A stretch of DNA of 53,066 nucleotides, from the sequence record DRR723986_22395. One strand, written 5' to 3'. This document shows positions 9,562 to 18,683 of this stretch, piece after piece. A program made the position numbers and the translations under genes. The notes under the pieces were generated by a model. That model was not told where the DNA came from. It did no database searches and worked only from the letters and a program-made list of their open reading frames with translations. How positions within the stretch are numbered: the first letter of the stretch is position 1; each line of letters begins with the position of its first letter.

Positions 9562-10464
9562 ATGAAGCGACATTTTCTAATTGCTCTTATTCTTTTAATC
9601 TCAAATAAGATTCTAGCCCAAACTCCACTAACCTATTTAAATTCTCAAGGCGAAAAGCACCTGGCAGGTGAATTTGATCTGAATATTATAAGAACTGATA
9701 CTGCATTCCAAAGCTGGTATGCGGAGAGCGAAAAATTATTTCAACTATCGGGGAAAAATACAGATTGGAAAAAGAATTTGGAAGATACTGAAGTGGAGAT
9801 TTTTATTGGCACATGGTGTGGTGACAGCAAACGCTGGGTTCCACAGTTCGTGAAACTTTGGAATGAGCTAGGGTTAAGTGAAGACCAACTCAAATTCACT
9901 GCCTTATATGACGGAGAAGAGCAGTATAAGCAAGGTCCAAATGGAGAGGAAAAAGGAATGCTAATCCATCGAGTACCGACTTTTATCTTCAAGGAAAATG
10001 ATCAGGAGTATTCCCGGATTGTTGAATTCCCCGTGAATGATTTGGAAACGGATTTAGCCCAAATCGCACTTGGTTATGCCTCAGAGCCTAATTACCGTGC
10101 TGCGACTTACCTTCTCGAATTATTTGATTCGGAACCTCTAGATTCTATTTACAGAAATGTCCAATCTCATTTCAACCAAGTGTATCAACGGGTTGGCAAA
10201 GAGAAGGAGCTGAATACCCTTGGTTATTTATTCGAGACTTCGGATCGATTGCCTCAGGCATTACTCACCTATGAAATCAACTCGGTGATCTTCCCTTACT
10301 CTCCACGCGTATTAAATAGTTATGCAGAAGCATTAACAAAAAATGGTCAAAAGGATCGCGCTATTGAGGTTTTCAAAAGAGTAGTTGCATTAGAACCAAC
10401 CCTCGAAAGTGCTGTAGCAAAATTGAAAGAATTAGAAGAAGAAGTAAAAGAAAACGATAACTAG
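9562..10464 (+). CDS. Secreted thioredoxin-fold (WCGDS) protein with C-terminal TPR
   Basis: Signal peptide, GTWCGDS (CxxS), RVPTFIF cis-Pro loop, LNTLGY...NSYAEAL TPR-like helices. Confidence 0.75.
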   Translation: MKRHFLIALILLISNKILAQTPLTYLNSQGEKHLAGEFDLNIIRTDTAFQSWYAESEKLFQLSGKNTDWKKNLEDTEVEIFIGTWCGDSKRWVPQFVKLWNELGLSEDQLKFTALYDGEEQYKQGPNGEEKGMLIHRVPTFIFKENDQEYSRIVEFPVNDLETDLAQIALGYASEPNYRAATYLLELFDSEPLDSIYRNVQSHFNQVYQRVGKEKELNTLGYLFETSDRLPQALLTYEINSVIFPYSPRVLNSYAEALTKNGQKDRAIEVFKRVVALEPTLESAVAKLKELEEEVKENDN

Positions 10465-10504
10465 CAAGAAAGTCTGATCAATAGAAAAGGCTTTCTTGCT
10501 AGTT
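10459..10504. terminator. Inverted repeat between convergent genes (probable terminator)
   Basis: AACTAGCAAGAAAGTCT ... AGGCTTTCTTGCTAGTT. Confidence 0.65.
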
Positions 10505-10511
10505 GAATAGC

Positions 10512-12062
10512 CTACTTCATCAAAACGACACTGGAGTTTTTACCCAATTTAATTTGGTCTCCTGCTTTTTCAACAACTCCAAGAGAAAAAATTTCTTGCT
10601 CAAAACCTTCAGGAGAATTAATGGAGATTTCTTTTTCACCAAGATTATGCAATACAAAAACTTCTTGCTCACCAAGATTTCTCAAGTAAGCCATTACTGA
10701 TTTCGGGTAAGTATTTATTGGCAACTCAAGTGATCCAACTGCCAACGCGGGGTTGGTATTTCTAAGGTAAATCAACTCTTTGTAATGATTGAAGTAGCTA
10801 GTTGGATCATCTTTTTGCAAAGCCAATGGAGTAACCGTTTTGTCTGTTGAATACATTGGCTCTATCCAGGTAGCACGCCCATTATCTTTTTCTCTCACAT
10901 CCCAAAGGAAAGGCTCACGAATTTGCTCATCGGGCTTTAACCCTAACATGCCGATTTCTTCTCCATAATATAGGTAAGGGGCTCCCGGCATGGTCATAAG
11001 AATAGCTATTGCTTGTTTATATTTTTCCGGATCAGAACCAAGTTCATTGAGTAATCTTGGTTGGTCATGATTTGAAGATATTGTCGCATCAATAAAATCT
11101 GAAGTAATGCTCTGATAGAAATCCAGCACCTCCTTTTCTTTATTGACCAATAACATCCCATCCATTTTATTCAATGATTCAATCAAGGTGTAATGAAAAT
11201 CAAAATTGAATAAAGCTGGTAATCCTGGTAAAAATGGTGCTACAACTTCCTTCTTATCATAAACTTCGCCCACTAAATAGACATCCGGGTTGATTTTGGT
11301 CATTTCAGCTCTAAATTCTTTCCAAAATTCATGGTTATCGCCCGCCCTGTCATCAGGGTAAATATGCTTTGCAGCATCTAACCTAAAGCCATCGACTCCT
11401 ATTTCTTCAAGCCAAAATTTCCCTATATCAAAAATTTCCTGCCTAACCTTTGGGTTGTCAAAATTCAAATCTGGCATCCCTCCAATAAAAAAACCGTAAT
11501 AATAATCCTCCCCAATACCTGGGTCATGCCATTGAGTGATATTATCTGAATCTAGGGTGATGACTTTTTTCTCAATAAAATCCGCAATTGTGTCCTTTTG
11601 AGCCCATACGTAATAATCTCTGTAGGGATTGTCTCTTCCCTTCTTGGATTCCTGAAACCATGGATGATCGCTACTGCTATGGTTTATGATTAAATCAATT
11701 ACAATTTTAATATCCCTTTGATGTGCCTCAACTAAAAGCTTTTTAAAATCATCCATAGTTCCATAGTCTGGATGTATTGCTTTATAATCTGTTACATCAT
11801 ATTTGTGATAGCTCGGAGAAGGCATTATCGGCATAAACCAAATAGCATTGGCACCCAATTCCGATACATAGTCAAGTTTTTCAGTCACTCCATTTATATC
11901 CCCTATCCCATCTCCATCAGAATCATTGAAAGACTGTACAAATATCTCGTAGGTCACACCCGCTTTCGGCCAGTAATTTTCGACAGAAGTGGAGGTCTTT
12001 GGATTACAGGCAGACATTAAGGCTAATCCCATAAGAACTGAGGCTATTTTGGATTTTTTCAT
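10512..12062 (-). CDS. GH13 alpha-amylase-family lipoprotein
   Basis: Lipobox LMSAC, DSDGDGIGD, DGFRLDAAKH, VGEV, SNHD, YYGEEIGM. Confidence 0.92.
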   Translation of the reverse strand: MKKSKIASVLMGLALMSACNPKTSTSVENYWPKAGVTYEIFVQSFNDSDGDGIGDINGVTEKLDYVSELGANAIWFMPIMPSPSYHKYDVTDYKAIHPDYGTMDDFKKLLVEAHQRDIKIVIDLIINHSSSDHPWFQESKKGRDNPYRDYYVWAQKDTIADFIEKKVITLDSDNITQWHDPGIGEDYYYGFFIGGMPDLNFDNPKVRQEIFDIGKFWLEEIGVDGFRLDAAKHIYPDDRAGDNHEFWKEFRAEMTKINPDVYLVGEVYDKKEVVAPFLPGLPALFNFDFHYTLIESLNKMDGMLLVNKEKEVLDFYQSITSDFIDATISSNHDQPRLLNELGSDPEKYKQAIAILMTMPGAPYLYYGEEIGMLGLKPDEQIREPFLWDVREKDNGRATWIEPMYSTDKTVTPLALQKDDPTSYFNHYKELIYLRNTNPALAVGSLELPINTYPKSVMAYLRNLGEQEVFVLHNLGEKEISINSPEGFEQEIFSLGVVEKAGDQIKLGKNSSVVLMK

Positions 12063-12073
12063 AGGAATTGGAG

Positions 12074-12108
12074 AAAAAAAAAGTCACTTTATTTAAAAGT
12101 GACTTTTT
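12074..12108 (-). terminator. Intrinsic terminator after fbaA
   Basis: AAAAAGTCACTTT/AAAGTGACTTTTT stem with a long T run on the minus strand. Confidence 0.75.
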
Positions 12109-12123
12109 CGTTGATTGTTTGTA

Positions 12124-13185
12124 TTAATTTCTATTTACTGCATTCAGCATATCGAAAGCTAATTCAAGTCTTTTTACGAAATTCTCTTCGCCTTTACGCA
12201 ACCAATTTCTTGGATCGTAATATTTCTTGTTAGGACTATCAGCTCCATCAGGATTACCTAATTGAGTCTGAAGATATGCCTCATTCTTTTTGTAATTATT
12301 CAATATACCTTCCCAGAATGCCCATTGCATATCTGTATCGATATTCATTTTGATAGAGCCATAGCTATTTGCTTCCCTAATTTCTTCAACTGTAGATCCA
12401 GATCCACCGTGGAATACGAAGTTCAATGGCTTACCTGTCAAACCGTGCTTCTCTTTGATGAAATCCTGAGAATTCTTCAAGATGATTGGCTTCAAACTTA
12501 CGTTTCCTGGCTTGTACACACCATGTACGTTACCGAAAGCCGCAGCGATTGTGAAAAGATCTCCTATTTCTTTTAGGTGCTCATAAGCATAAGCTACTTC
12601 TTCAGGCTGGGTGTAAAGCTTAGATGAATCAATATCCGTATTATCTACACCATCTTCTTCTCCACCAGTAACTCCCAATTCGATTTCAATTGCCATTTCA
12701 AGCTTTTCGAACTCCTTGAAATAGTTACAGGAAATCTCAACATTTTCTTCTAAAGGCTCTTCAGAAAGATCTAGCATATGTGAGCTATACAAAGGTCTTT
12801 TATGTGTCGCGTAGTAAGCTTTACCAGCATCCAAAAGTCCGTCTATCCATGGCAATAATTTCTTTGCAGCATGATCTGTATGCAAAATAACAGGAACACC
12901 GTATGCCTCTGCCATCAAGTGTACGTGATGTGCTCCGGAGATACCACCAGCGATACTAGCTTGTTGCTTATCATTCGCCAAGGATTTTCCAGCAAAAAAT
13001 TGGGCTCCCCCATTTGAAAATTGAATGATTACTGGCGAGTTCAATTTCTTTGCAGTCTCTAGAACAGCGTTTACCGAGTTGGTATTGATTACGTTCACTG
13101 CGGGCATAGCAAACTCATTCTCTTTAGCATATGCATAAAGATCTCTAAGCTCTTCACCGTATTTTACTCCAGGTTTGAATTTCAT
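12124..13185 (-). CDS. fbaA: Fructose-bisphosphate aldolase class II
   Basis: LHTDHAAKKLLPW, SSHMLDLSE, ELGVTGGEEDG, FGNVHGVYK, FHGGSGS, NKKYYDPR. Confidence 0.98.
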   Translation of the reverse strand: MKFKPGVKYGEELRDLYAYAKENEFAMPAVNVINTNSVNAVLETAKKLNSPVIIQFSNGGAQFFAGKSLANDKQQASIAGGISGAHHVHLMAEAYGVPVILHTDHAAKKLLPWIDGLLDAGKAYYATHKRPLYSSHMLDLSEEPLEENVEISCNYFKEFEKLEMAIEIELGVTGGEEDGVDNTDIDSSKLYTQPEEVAYAYEHLKEIGDLFTIAAAFGNVHGVYKPGNVSLKPIILKNSQDFIKEKHGLTGKPLNFVFHGGSGSTVEEIREANSYGSIKMNIDTDMQWAFWEGILNNYKKNEAYLQTQLGNPDGADSPNKKYYDPRNWLRKGEENFVKRLELAFDMLNAVNRN

Positions 13186-13200
13186 AGGTATTAGATTTGA

Positions 13201-16002
13201 TTAATTCTTAATAAAGCGCTTAAACAGCACTCTTTTCGTGTCGAATGCTTCAAAGATATAAATCCCTGCCTGAATATTCGTAACATCTATTTCTAAAATT
13301 TCATCACCTGCAGGTGTCATACCATCAAACAAAACCCTTCCAGTCATATCAATAACACGATAATTTGATCCGGTCATGTCAATAGGGAGCTGAATCATTA
13401 ATCGCCCATTAGTAGGGACAGGATAGATTTTGAATGCAGAATCAGGAATAGATTTTTCAGGGATAGCCGTCACAAAATCTTCCTGTAAAATTCCTGCAGT
13501 AGGCTTTTCAAGTTTTTTATCTGTGAATAGATAAAATTCACTAGGTCTTAACGTGAATTTCATAGTTGTGCTACTCACAGTTAACTCCTCTCCTGTAAAG
13601 TAATTATACCAAGTTCCTGTTTTAGGGAAACTTAGATTCACGTTTCCAGCACTACTCAATCCAAAATTACCAAACAGTACCACATCCATGGCTTCGCTTT
13701 CTAAGATGATAGATTTGAGACTGCCGTTTAAATTAAGGGTGGTTTTGTCAGGGTTATTAAAGACTTGATGTTCCGATTTGAGCTTGATCATTGCCTGATA
13801 AAGCTGAAATAATCGCTCCCGCTGAGGATTAGTCAGGTATTGCCATTTGGTAGGTTTAATGCCTAGACGATCGTCATTAAGTTCCTGATCATATCCAAAT
13901 TCCCCAAATTGCCAGATCATCTTGGGCCCGGGAATACTAAAGTAAAAAGCAGTTAATAATTGGTTTCTATTAACGGCATTTTCCAATTGTTTTAGATTTA
14001 TAGGAGAAGTGGCTCCATAATTTAAGCTTTCCCACATTACTCTTTCTTCATCGTGACTTTCTTGATAGGCAACCAAATTGGGTTCATTCCAACCTCGAGA
14101 TTTATAGTATGCCCAATTGAAATCTTTCTCCTGACCTTTGGCCATTTCACGGAAATCAAAATTCATATTTCCCCAAAACATCATTCCATAGTCAGCCAAT
14201 TCCTTTTCCTCAGTATTATCAGCCAAATGTTCCAAAATCACATAAGCATCAGGATGATTTGCTTTGATTTTGTCATAAATATGCTTCCAAATCTTGATGC
14301 GCGAAGCGTCGTATTGAGACCATTTACCCACATCCGTACCAGAAACTACCTGTGTAAACCCCTTACTTAAATCGAACCGAAAACCATCAATTTTATATTC
14401 ACTCAGCCAATAATTATTTACAGAATCGACAAATGCTCGGGTATAGCTGCTTTCATGGTTGAAATCATATCCCACATTGAAGGGATGTGTTGCGTTCCTA
14501 TTAAACCATGGATTTTCAGGAGTCGGTGATCCAAATTCTCCGTCATTATATAGTCTGACCAATGGGTTTTGCCCAAAAGCATGATTCAAAACCATATCCA
14601 TGATGATCACCATACCTTTTCCATGGGCCGCATCAATAAGGCTTTTCAGGTCATTTTTAGTACCGTAATATTTATCCGGAGCAAAGAAAAAAGAAGGATT
14701 GTAACCCCATGAGAGGTTACCTTCAAACTCCCCTATTGGCATTAACTCGATTGCATTTACACCAAGTTCTTGTAGATAATCCAGCCTTTCCTCTACCGCA
14801 GCATAGGACCTCCTATCGTCAAAATCCCTCACCAATAGCTCATAGATTACTAGCTCTTCAGGATCAGGTTTTTCATAGGTTAAATTTTTCCAATTGTACT
14901 TGTCTTGCCCAGTTTGAAAGTAAGTCGCTTGATATTGGGTTTTCCCTGTAGGGTATGCTTTCAAACCTGGATACCTTCCCTGACTTATTATTTCCTGATC
15001 ATGATCTGGGTCTGAAGTTTTATCTGCATAGGGATCACCAATTCTTATTTCATCATCTACCAAGTATTGAAAAATATATTCCTTCTTTGGCGTTAGACCA
15101 GTAATAATTAACCAAAAGATCTCACCATCAGGAGTTCGATTCATTTGGTAATCTGAAGACCTTGCCCAGTCATTAAAATCTCCAATCACATTGACCATCT
15201 TCTTTCCCGGCGCGTTCAAAGCCAAAAGAACTTCTGTATCCGATAGGTAATTAATGCCTAATCTGTTTCCAGGAGGTAATGGAGCAATAGGTGTAGCTGC
15301 GAAAACCTCAATATCCACCGTTTCGGAATCTTGATTTGACCCATTGCTTGCTTCTGCTACTAATTTGTATAAACCTGCCTGAGTAGCTGCGTAATTATAG
15401 GATAGTGATTGAACCCCAGTTGCATTTGCTACCTGCACGCCATCGAGCTGAAGTGATATATCAGCTAAGCCCTCAGTGGTTGCTACTTTGAATGTATAGG
15501 TATCTCCCTCTTCTAATGCTATAGCAGAACTAACTGGTGATGTGAAAACTACCTGAAATCCTTGAGAAAGGTCAACGAAAATATCTCCACCGCTACTGCT
15601 TTTCCCTTCTCTACTGCCATCTCCATTTCTAAAAACCAATCCCAAACGGTAAATAGTTAATCCATTTGGATTATCAAAAAATGTATTAGGCGTCAGGTCG
15701 AAAGTATAAAGGTTTGACTGCCCTTCAACTTTAGTCATTTTCGCATTTGCATCAGTAGTACCCCATTCAAAAGGAACTATTGACCAAGTTGTGGATTCTC
15801 CACTTTCAGTAACTGCTCCAATATGAATATAAACATCACACCCACAATCCTTAAGCCCAGCTGTACCTTTGCTGGCATCATAGATGATAGTCACCTTTTT
15901 ATCAGCATTTGGGAAAATAGGCTCAGTAGTAACCTGAGCAAAAGCTCCCGAATAGGAAAATAATAGAATGAAGAAGATAGATGATAAAAGGGCAGTTTTC
16001 AT
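13201..16002 (-). CDS. Secreted multidomain GH13 glycoside hydrolase with CBM48-like module and T9SS C-terminal domain
   Basis: Signal peptide, VIGDFNDW, IYELLVRDF, SWGYNP, DGFRFDLSKGF, ESHDEE, CTD YPVP...GIYI...KRFIKN. Confidence 0.9.
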   Translation of the reverse strand: MKTALLSSIFFILLFSYSGAFAQVTTEPIFPNADKKVTIIYDASKGTAGLKDCGCDVYIHIGAVTESGESTTWSIVPFEWGTTDANAKMTKVEGQSNLYTFDLTPNTFFDNPNGLTIYRLGLVFRNGDGSREGKSSSGGDIFVDLSQGFQVVFTSPVSSAIALEEGDTYTFKVATTEGLADISLQLDGVQVANATGVQSLSYNYAATQAGLYKLVAEASNGSNQDSETVDIEVFAATPIAPLPPGNRLGINYLSDTEVLLALNAPGKKMVNVIGDFNDWARSSDYQMNRTPDGEIFWLIITGLTPKKEYIFQYLVDDEIRIGDPYADKTSDPDHDQEIISQGRYPGLKAYPTGKTQYQATYFQTGQDKYNWKNLTYEKPDPEELVIYELLVRDFDDRRSYAAVEERLDYLQELGVNAIELMPIGEFEGNLSWGYNPSFFFAPDKYYGTKNDLKSLIDAAHGKGMVIIMDMVLNHAFGQNPLVRLYNDGEFGSPTPENPWFNRNATHPFNVGYDFNHESSYTRAFVDSVNNYWLSEYKIDGFRFDLSKGFTQVVSGTDVGKWSQYDASRIKIWKHIYDKIKANHPDAYVILEHLADNTEEKELADYGMMFWGNMNFDFREMAKGQEKDFNWAYYKSRGWNEPNLVAYQESHDEERVMWESLNYGATSPINLKQLENAVNRNQLLTAFYFSIPGPKMIWQFGEFGYDQELNDDRLGIKPTKWQYLTNPQRERLFQLYQAMIKLKSEHQVFNNPDKTTLNLNGSLKSIILESEAMDVVLFGNFGLSSAGNVNLSFPKTGTWYNYFTGEELTVSSTTMKFTLRPSEFYLFTDKKLEKPTAGILQEDFVTAIPEKSIPDSAFKIYPVPTNGRLMIQLPIDMTGSNYRVIDMTGRVLFDGMTPAGDEILEIDVTNIQAGIYIFEAFDTKRVLFKRFIKN

Positions 16003-16017
16003 GGGTTTTTGTTACTG

Positions 16018-16052
16018 AAAACCGACTTTGGCATAGATACACCAAAGTCGGT
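16018..16052 (-). terminator. Hairpin after susE-like gene (terminator/attenuator or mRNA stabiliser)
   Basis: Perfect 11-bp ACCGACTTTGG/CCAAAGTCGGT stem followed by TTT on the minus strand. Confidence 0.65.
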
Positions 16053-16086
16053 CTAATTAAGCTTTTAGCTTTTGCTGAAATCCTAG

Positions 16087-17130
16087 TTAATTCTTAGTCA
16101 TGGTATATGATACTTCTCCTGGAACATTGAAGTTCAACGTAACAGTATAGTTTCCAGCTTCAGCAACAATGATATTGTCGCCGTCTTTTACCATAGCTCC
16201 ATCTTTTGGTCCTAAGTTAAAATCCCAAGATTGGTTTGCTCTGAATTTGAATGCACCTTTCTTTAAATCAGTAGTGATAGTAAGGATATTTAGATCTTTG
16301 TTGAAATTCATTGGGGTCTCCACATCCCATCCACCTACGGTAGCATCGCCTATGATTCCCCAAAGTTTTGGATCGGAAAGAGTGTACGTTTTAGTAGCCA
16401 GATCCACTGTAACTTCAATTGTACCAAATTTGGTTACTTTAATATTTGCTGCATCAGCTTCTGCATCTAATTTACCGTCAGCACCTGTATCACCATAGTT
16501 TTTACCATCTACCCAGTCAGGTTCCTCGTTAAACTTGAACTCCCCACTTCCACCCAGAATATGGATAAATCCAGTAAACGTCTTATTAAATGCTACGGAT
16601 TTTAACGTGGTGTTTAAATTCCCTGGATTCCACCCCTGGTAGTCTCCAGGGACATATAGTAGCGGAAAGGCAACAAAAGTATCATACGGAGTGACAGACA
16701 AAACAACGGTTTCTCCATAAATCGGTGATAAAGGCTGGTTGATGGATGATTTTACTCTGAATTCTACCTCAGCGGCTTGATTTACAATGAGTCCTTTGGC
16801 AATTAATTCATCATTCAAAGCCTCTGTTTGAACCTCAATCAGATTAGTTTTTGAAGTTCCAAGTTCTACCGCATCCTCGAAATTTGCCCCAGCCAGATCC
16901 ATTTCCAAGGAATAGGTTACTTCTCCAACCTTAGCAAACTCAGCCATAGTAACTGAGAATACGATCAATTCCTCCGAGTTATCCGCACTTAGCACGAGGG
17001 CAGATCCATTTGCAGGATCTGCTACTTGAGATCCTGTCTGCTCAATAATAGGAGGCATTTCATACTTTTCGCAGGACCATAGTACCGGCAACAAAGCTAA
17101 AGCCCATGTGATTTGCTTAATTTTTTTCAT
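16087..17130 (-). CDS. SusE/SusF-like starch-binding outer-membrane lipoprotein
   Basis: Lipobox LWSC, SusE-type N-domain, LYVPGDYQGWNP, WGIIGDATVGGWD, FKFRANQSWD. Confidence 0.88.
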   Translation of the reverse strand: MKKIKQITWALALLPVLWSCEKYEMPPIIEQTGSQVADPANGSALVLSADNSEELIVFSVTMAEFAKVGEVTYSLEMDLAGANFEDAVELGTSKTNLIEVQTEALNDELIAKGLIVNQAAEVEFRVKSSINQPLSPIYGETVVLSVTPYDTFVAFPLLYVPGDYQGWNPGNLNTTLKSVAFNKTFTGFIHILGGSGEFKFNEEPDWVDGKNYGDTGADGKLDAEADAANIKVTKFGTIEVTVDLATKTYTLSDPKLWGIIGDATVGGWDVETPMNFNKDLNILTITTDLKKGAFKFRANQSWDFNLGPKDGAMVKDGDNIIVAEAGNYTVTLNFNVPGEVSYTMTKN

Positions 17131-17310
17131 TTTTTAGGTTTGTTAATTGACAGTATTCTTGAATTAATTAAAACACATGCAGAAATAATCTATTTTTAAT
17201 ATTCAGGTTTTTAAGTAGTCCTGAGAATTATTCTGTACTGTTTAGAAATTTTAAATGAAAGAAAATTAAGACACAAGAAGGCCATTGCTCATTAACTAAA
17301 ACTTTTTTGA

Positions 17311-17334
17311 GCAAACGTTTGCGGTTACGTTTGC
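17311..17334. promoter_or_regulatory. LacI-family operator: GCAAACGTTTGC plus tandem partial GTTACGTTTGC
   Basis: Perfect palindrome with the central AAACGTTT typical of LacI/GalR sites, between divergent susE and lacI. Repeated at 18531. Confidence 0.8.
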
Positions 17335-17467
17335 ATAAAAAAATAATTTTAAAAACTAAATAGATAAAGGCCTAAATCGGAAGTTTTAACTTCAAAATTC
17401 AATAGATTGCTTCTTCCAGAAATCAAAAATAATCGCGTACAATATAATCTTGGAATAGTTTAATTTT

Positions 17468-18499
17468 ATGAAATTAGGTCGAGCAACCATAAAGGACATA
17501 GCAAAGGCACTTAACCTTTCTGCTTCTACCATCTCTCGGGCACTAAAAGATTATCCAGGGATTAGCGATGAGACAAAACGGAAGGTTAAAGAAGTTGCTG
17601 AGGAAATGAATTACCGCCCGAATGCAATTGCACTTTCGTTGAGAAAAAGCAGATCATTTACAATCGGGGTGATTATTCCTGAGGTAGTTCATTTTTTCTT
17701 TTCTTCAGTGGTCAGTGGTATCGAGGAAGTCGCGCATTCTCGAGGCTATAATGTTATTCTAGTTCAATCCAATGAAAAATTGGACCGTGAGATTTCTAGT
17801 ATTGAGACTATGCTATCAAATCAAATTGATGGCGTATTAGTGAGTTTTTCTAAAGAGACTAAAACCTTCAACCACTTCACTAAAGTTTTGGATCAGGGGT
17901 TTCCCATTGTGTTTTTTGACCGAGCACCAGAAATACCGGGTGCCATCAATGTCACTGTAGATGATTACCAAGGAGCCTTCGATGCTACAACTCATTTAAT
18001 CAGTCAGGGATATAAAAACATCATCCATTTAGGAGGTCCTAAACTTTTGAAAATCAGCACAGAAAGGGAAAGAGGTTATAAAGATGCACTTACACATAAT
18101 GGATTAGATTTCAAGTCTGAGTATGTTATCCCATGTCCAATTGGCACTGTTGAGGAAAGTCAGCAAATAGTAGCAGAGCTATTTTCGAATATGACTGTCC
18201 GTCCTGACGCATTTTTTGCCTGCAATGATGTAGGTGCTGTGGGAGCGATGATGGCCTGTAGAGAAATCGGTTTAAAGATTCCTGTTGATGTGGGTGTTGT
18301 TGGTTTCAGTGATTGGCAATTTTGTTCCATGCTGGAGCCAAAACTATCTTCAGTTGCACAACCAGGAGCATTGATGGGAGCCAAAGCCACGGAGATTCTA
18401 ATAGACATTATTGAGAAAAAAATTGACCCGGAATCCATGGAAAACTCATTGATTTTGAAAACAAAGTTGATGGCAAGGGATTCTTCGAAAAGATTTTAA
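17468..18499 (+). CDS. LacI-family transcriptional regulator (maltose/alpha-glucan)
   Basis: ATIKDIAKALNLSASTISRAL HTH, YRPNAIALSL hinge, periplasmic-binding-fold C-domain. Confidence 0.95.
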   Translation: MKLGRATIKDIAKALNLSASTISRALKDYPGISDETKRKVKEVAEEMNYRPNAIALSLRKSRSFTIGVIIPEVVHFFFSSVVSGIEEVAHSRGYNVILVQSNEKLDREISSIETMLSNQIDGVLVSFSKETKTFNHFTKVLDQGFPIVFFDRAPEIPGAINVTVDDYQGAFDATTHLISQGYKNIIHLGGPKLLKISTERERGYKDALTHNGLDFKSEYVIPCPIGTVEESQQIVAELFSNMTVRPDAFFACNDVGAVGAMMACREIGLKIPVDVGVVGFSDWQFCSMLEPKLSSVAQPGALMGAKATEILIDIIEKKIDPESMENSLILKTKLMARDSSKRF

Positions 18500-18530
18500 G
18501 AAAAAAGATCAGATTTTTTAGTAAAAAAGT

Positions 18531-18541
18531 GCAAACGTTTG
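18531..18541. promoter_or_regulatory. LacI operator upstream of GH31-MFS operon
   Basis: GCAAACGTTTG(A), an 11/12 match to the 17311 palindrome. Confidence 0.7.
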
Positions 18542-18683
18542 AATAGGTCTAAATTTCATCCTAGGGCACAATAGTTTTTTACTCCTTGTTTGAATTGTTC
18601 ATTTTCAAGGACTTTCGATTTTTTTATGATTGAGTTTTGGTTCTAATTTAGATCCGCTTTTAAAGCTAAAGTGAAAAAAATTT

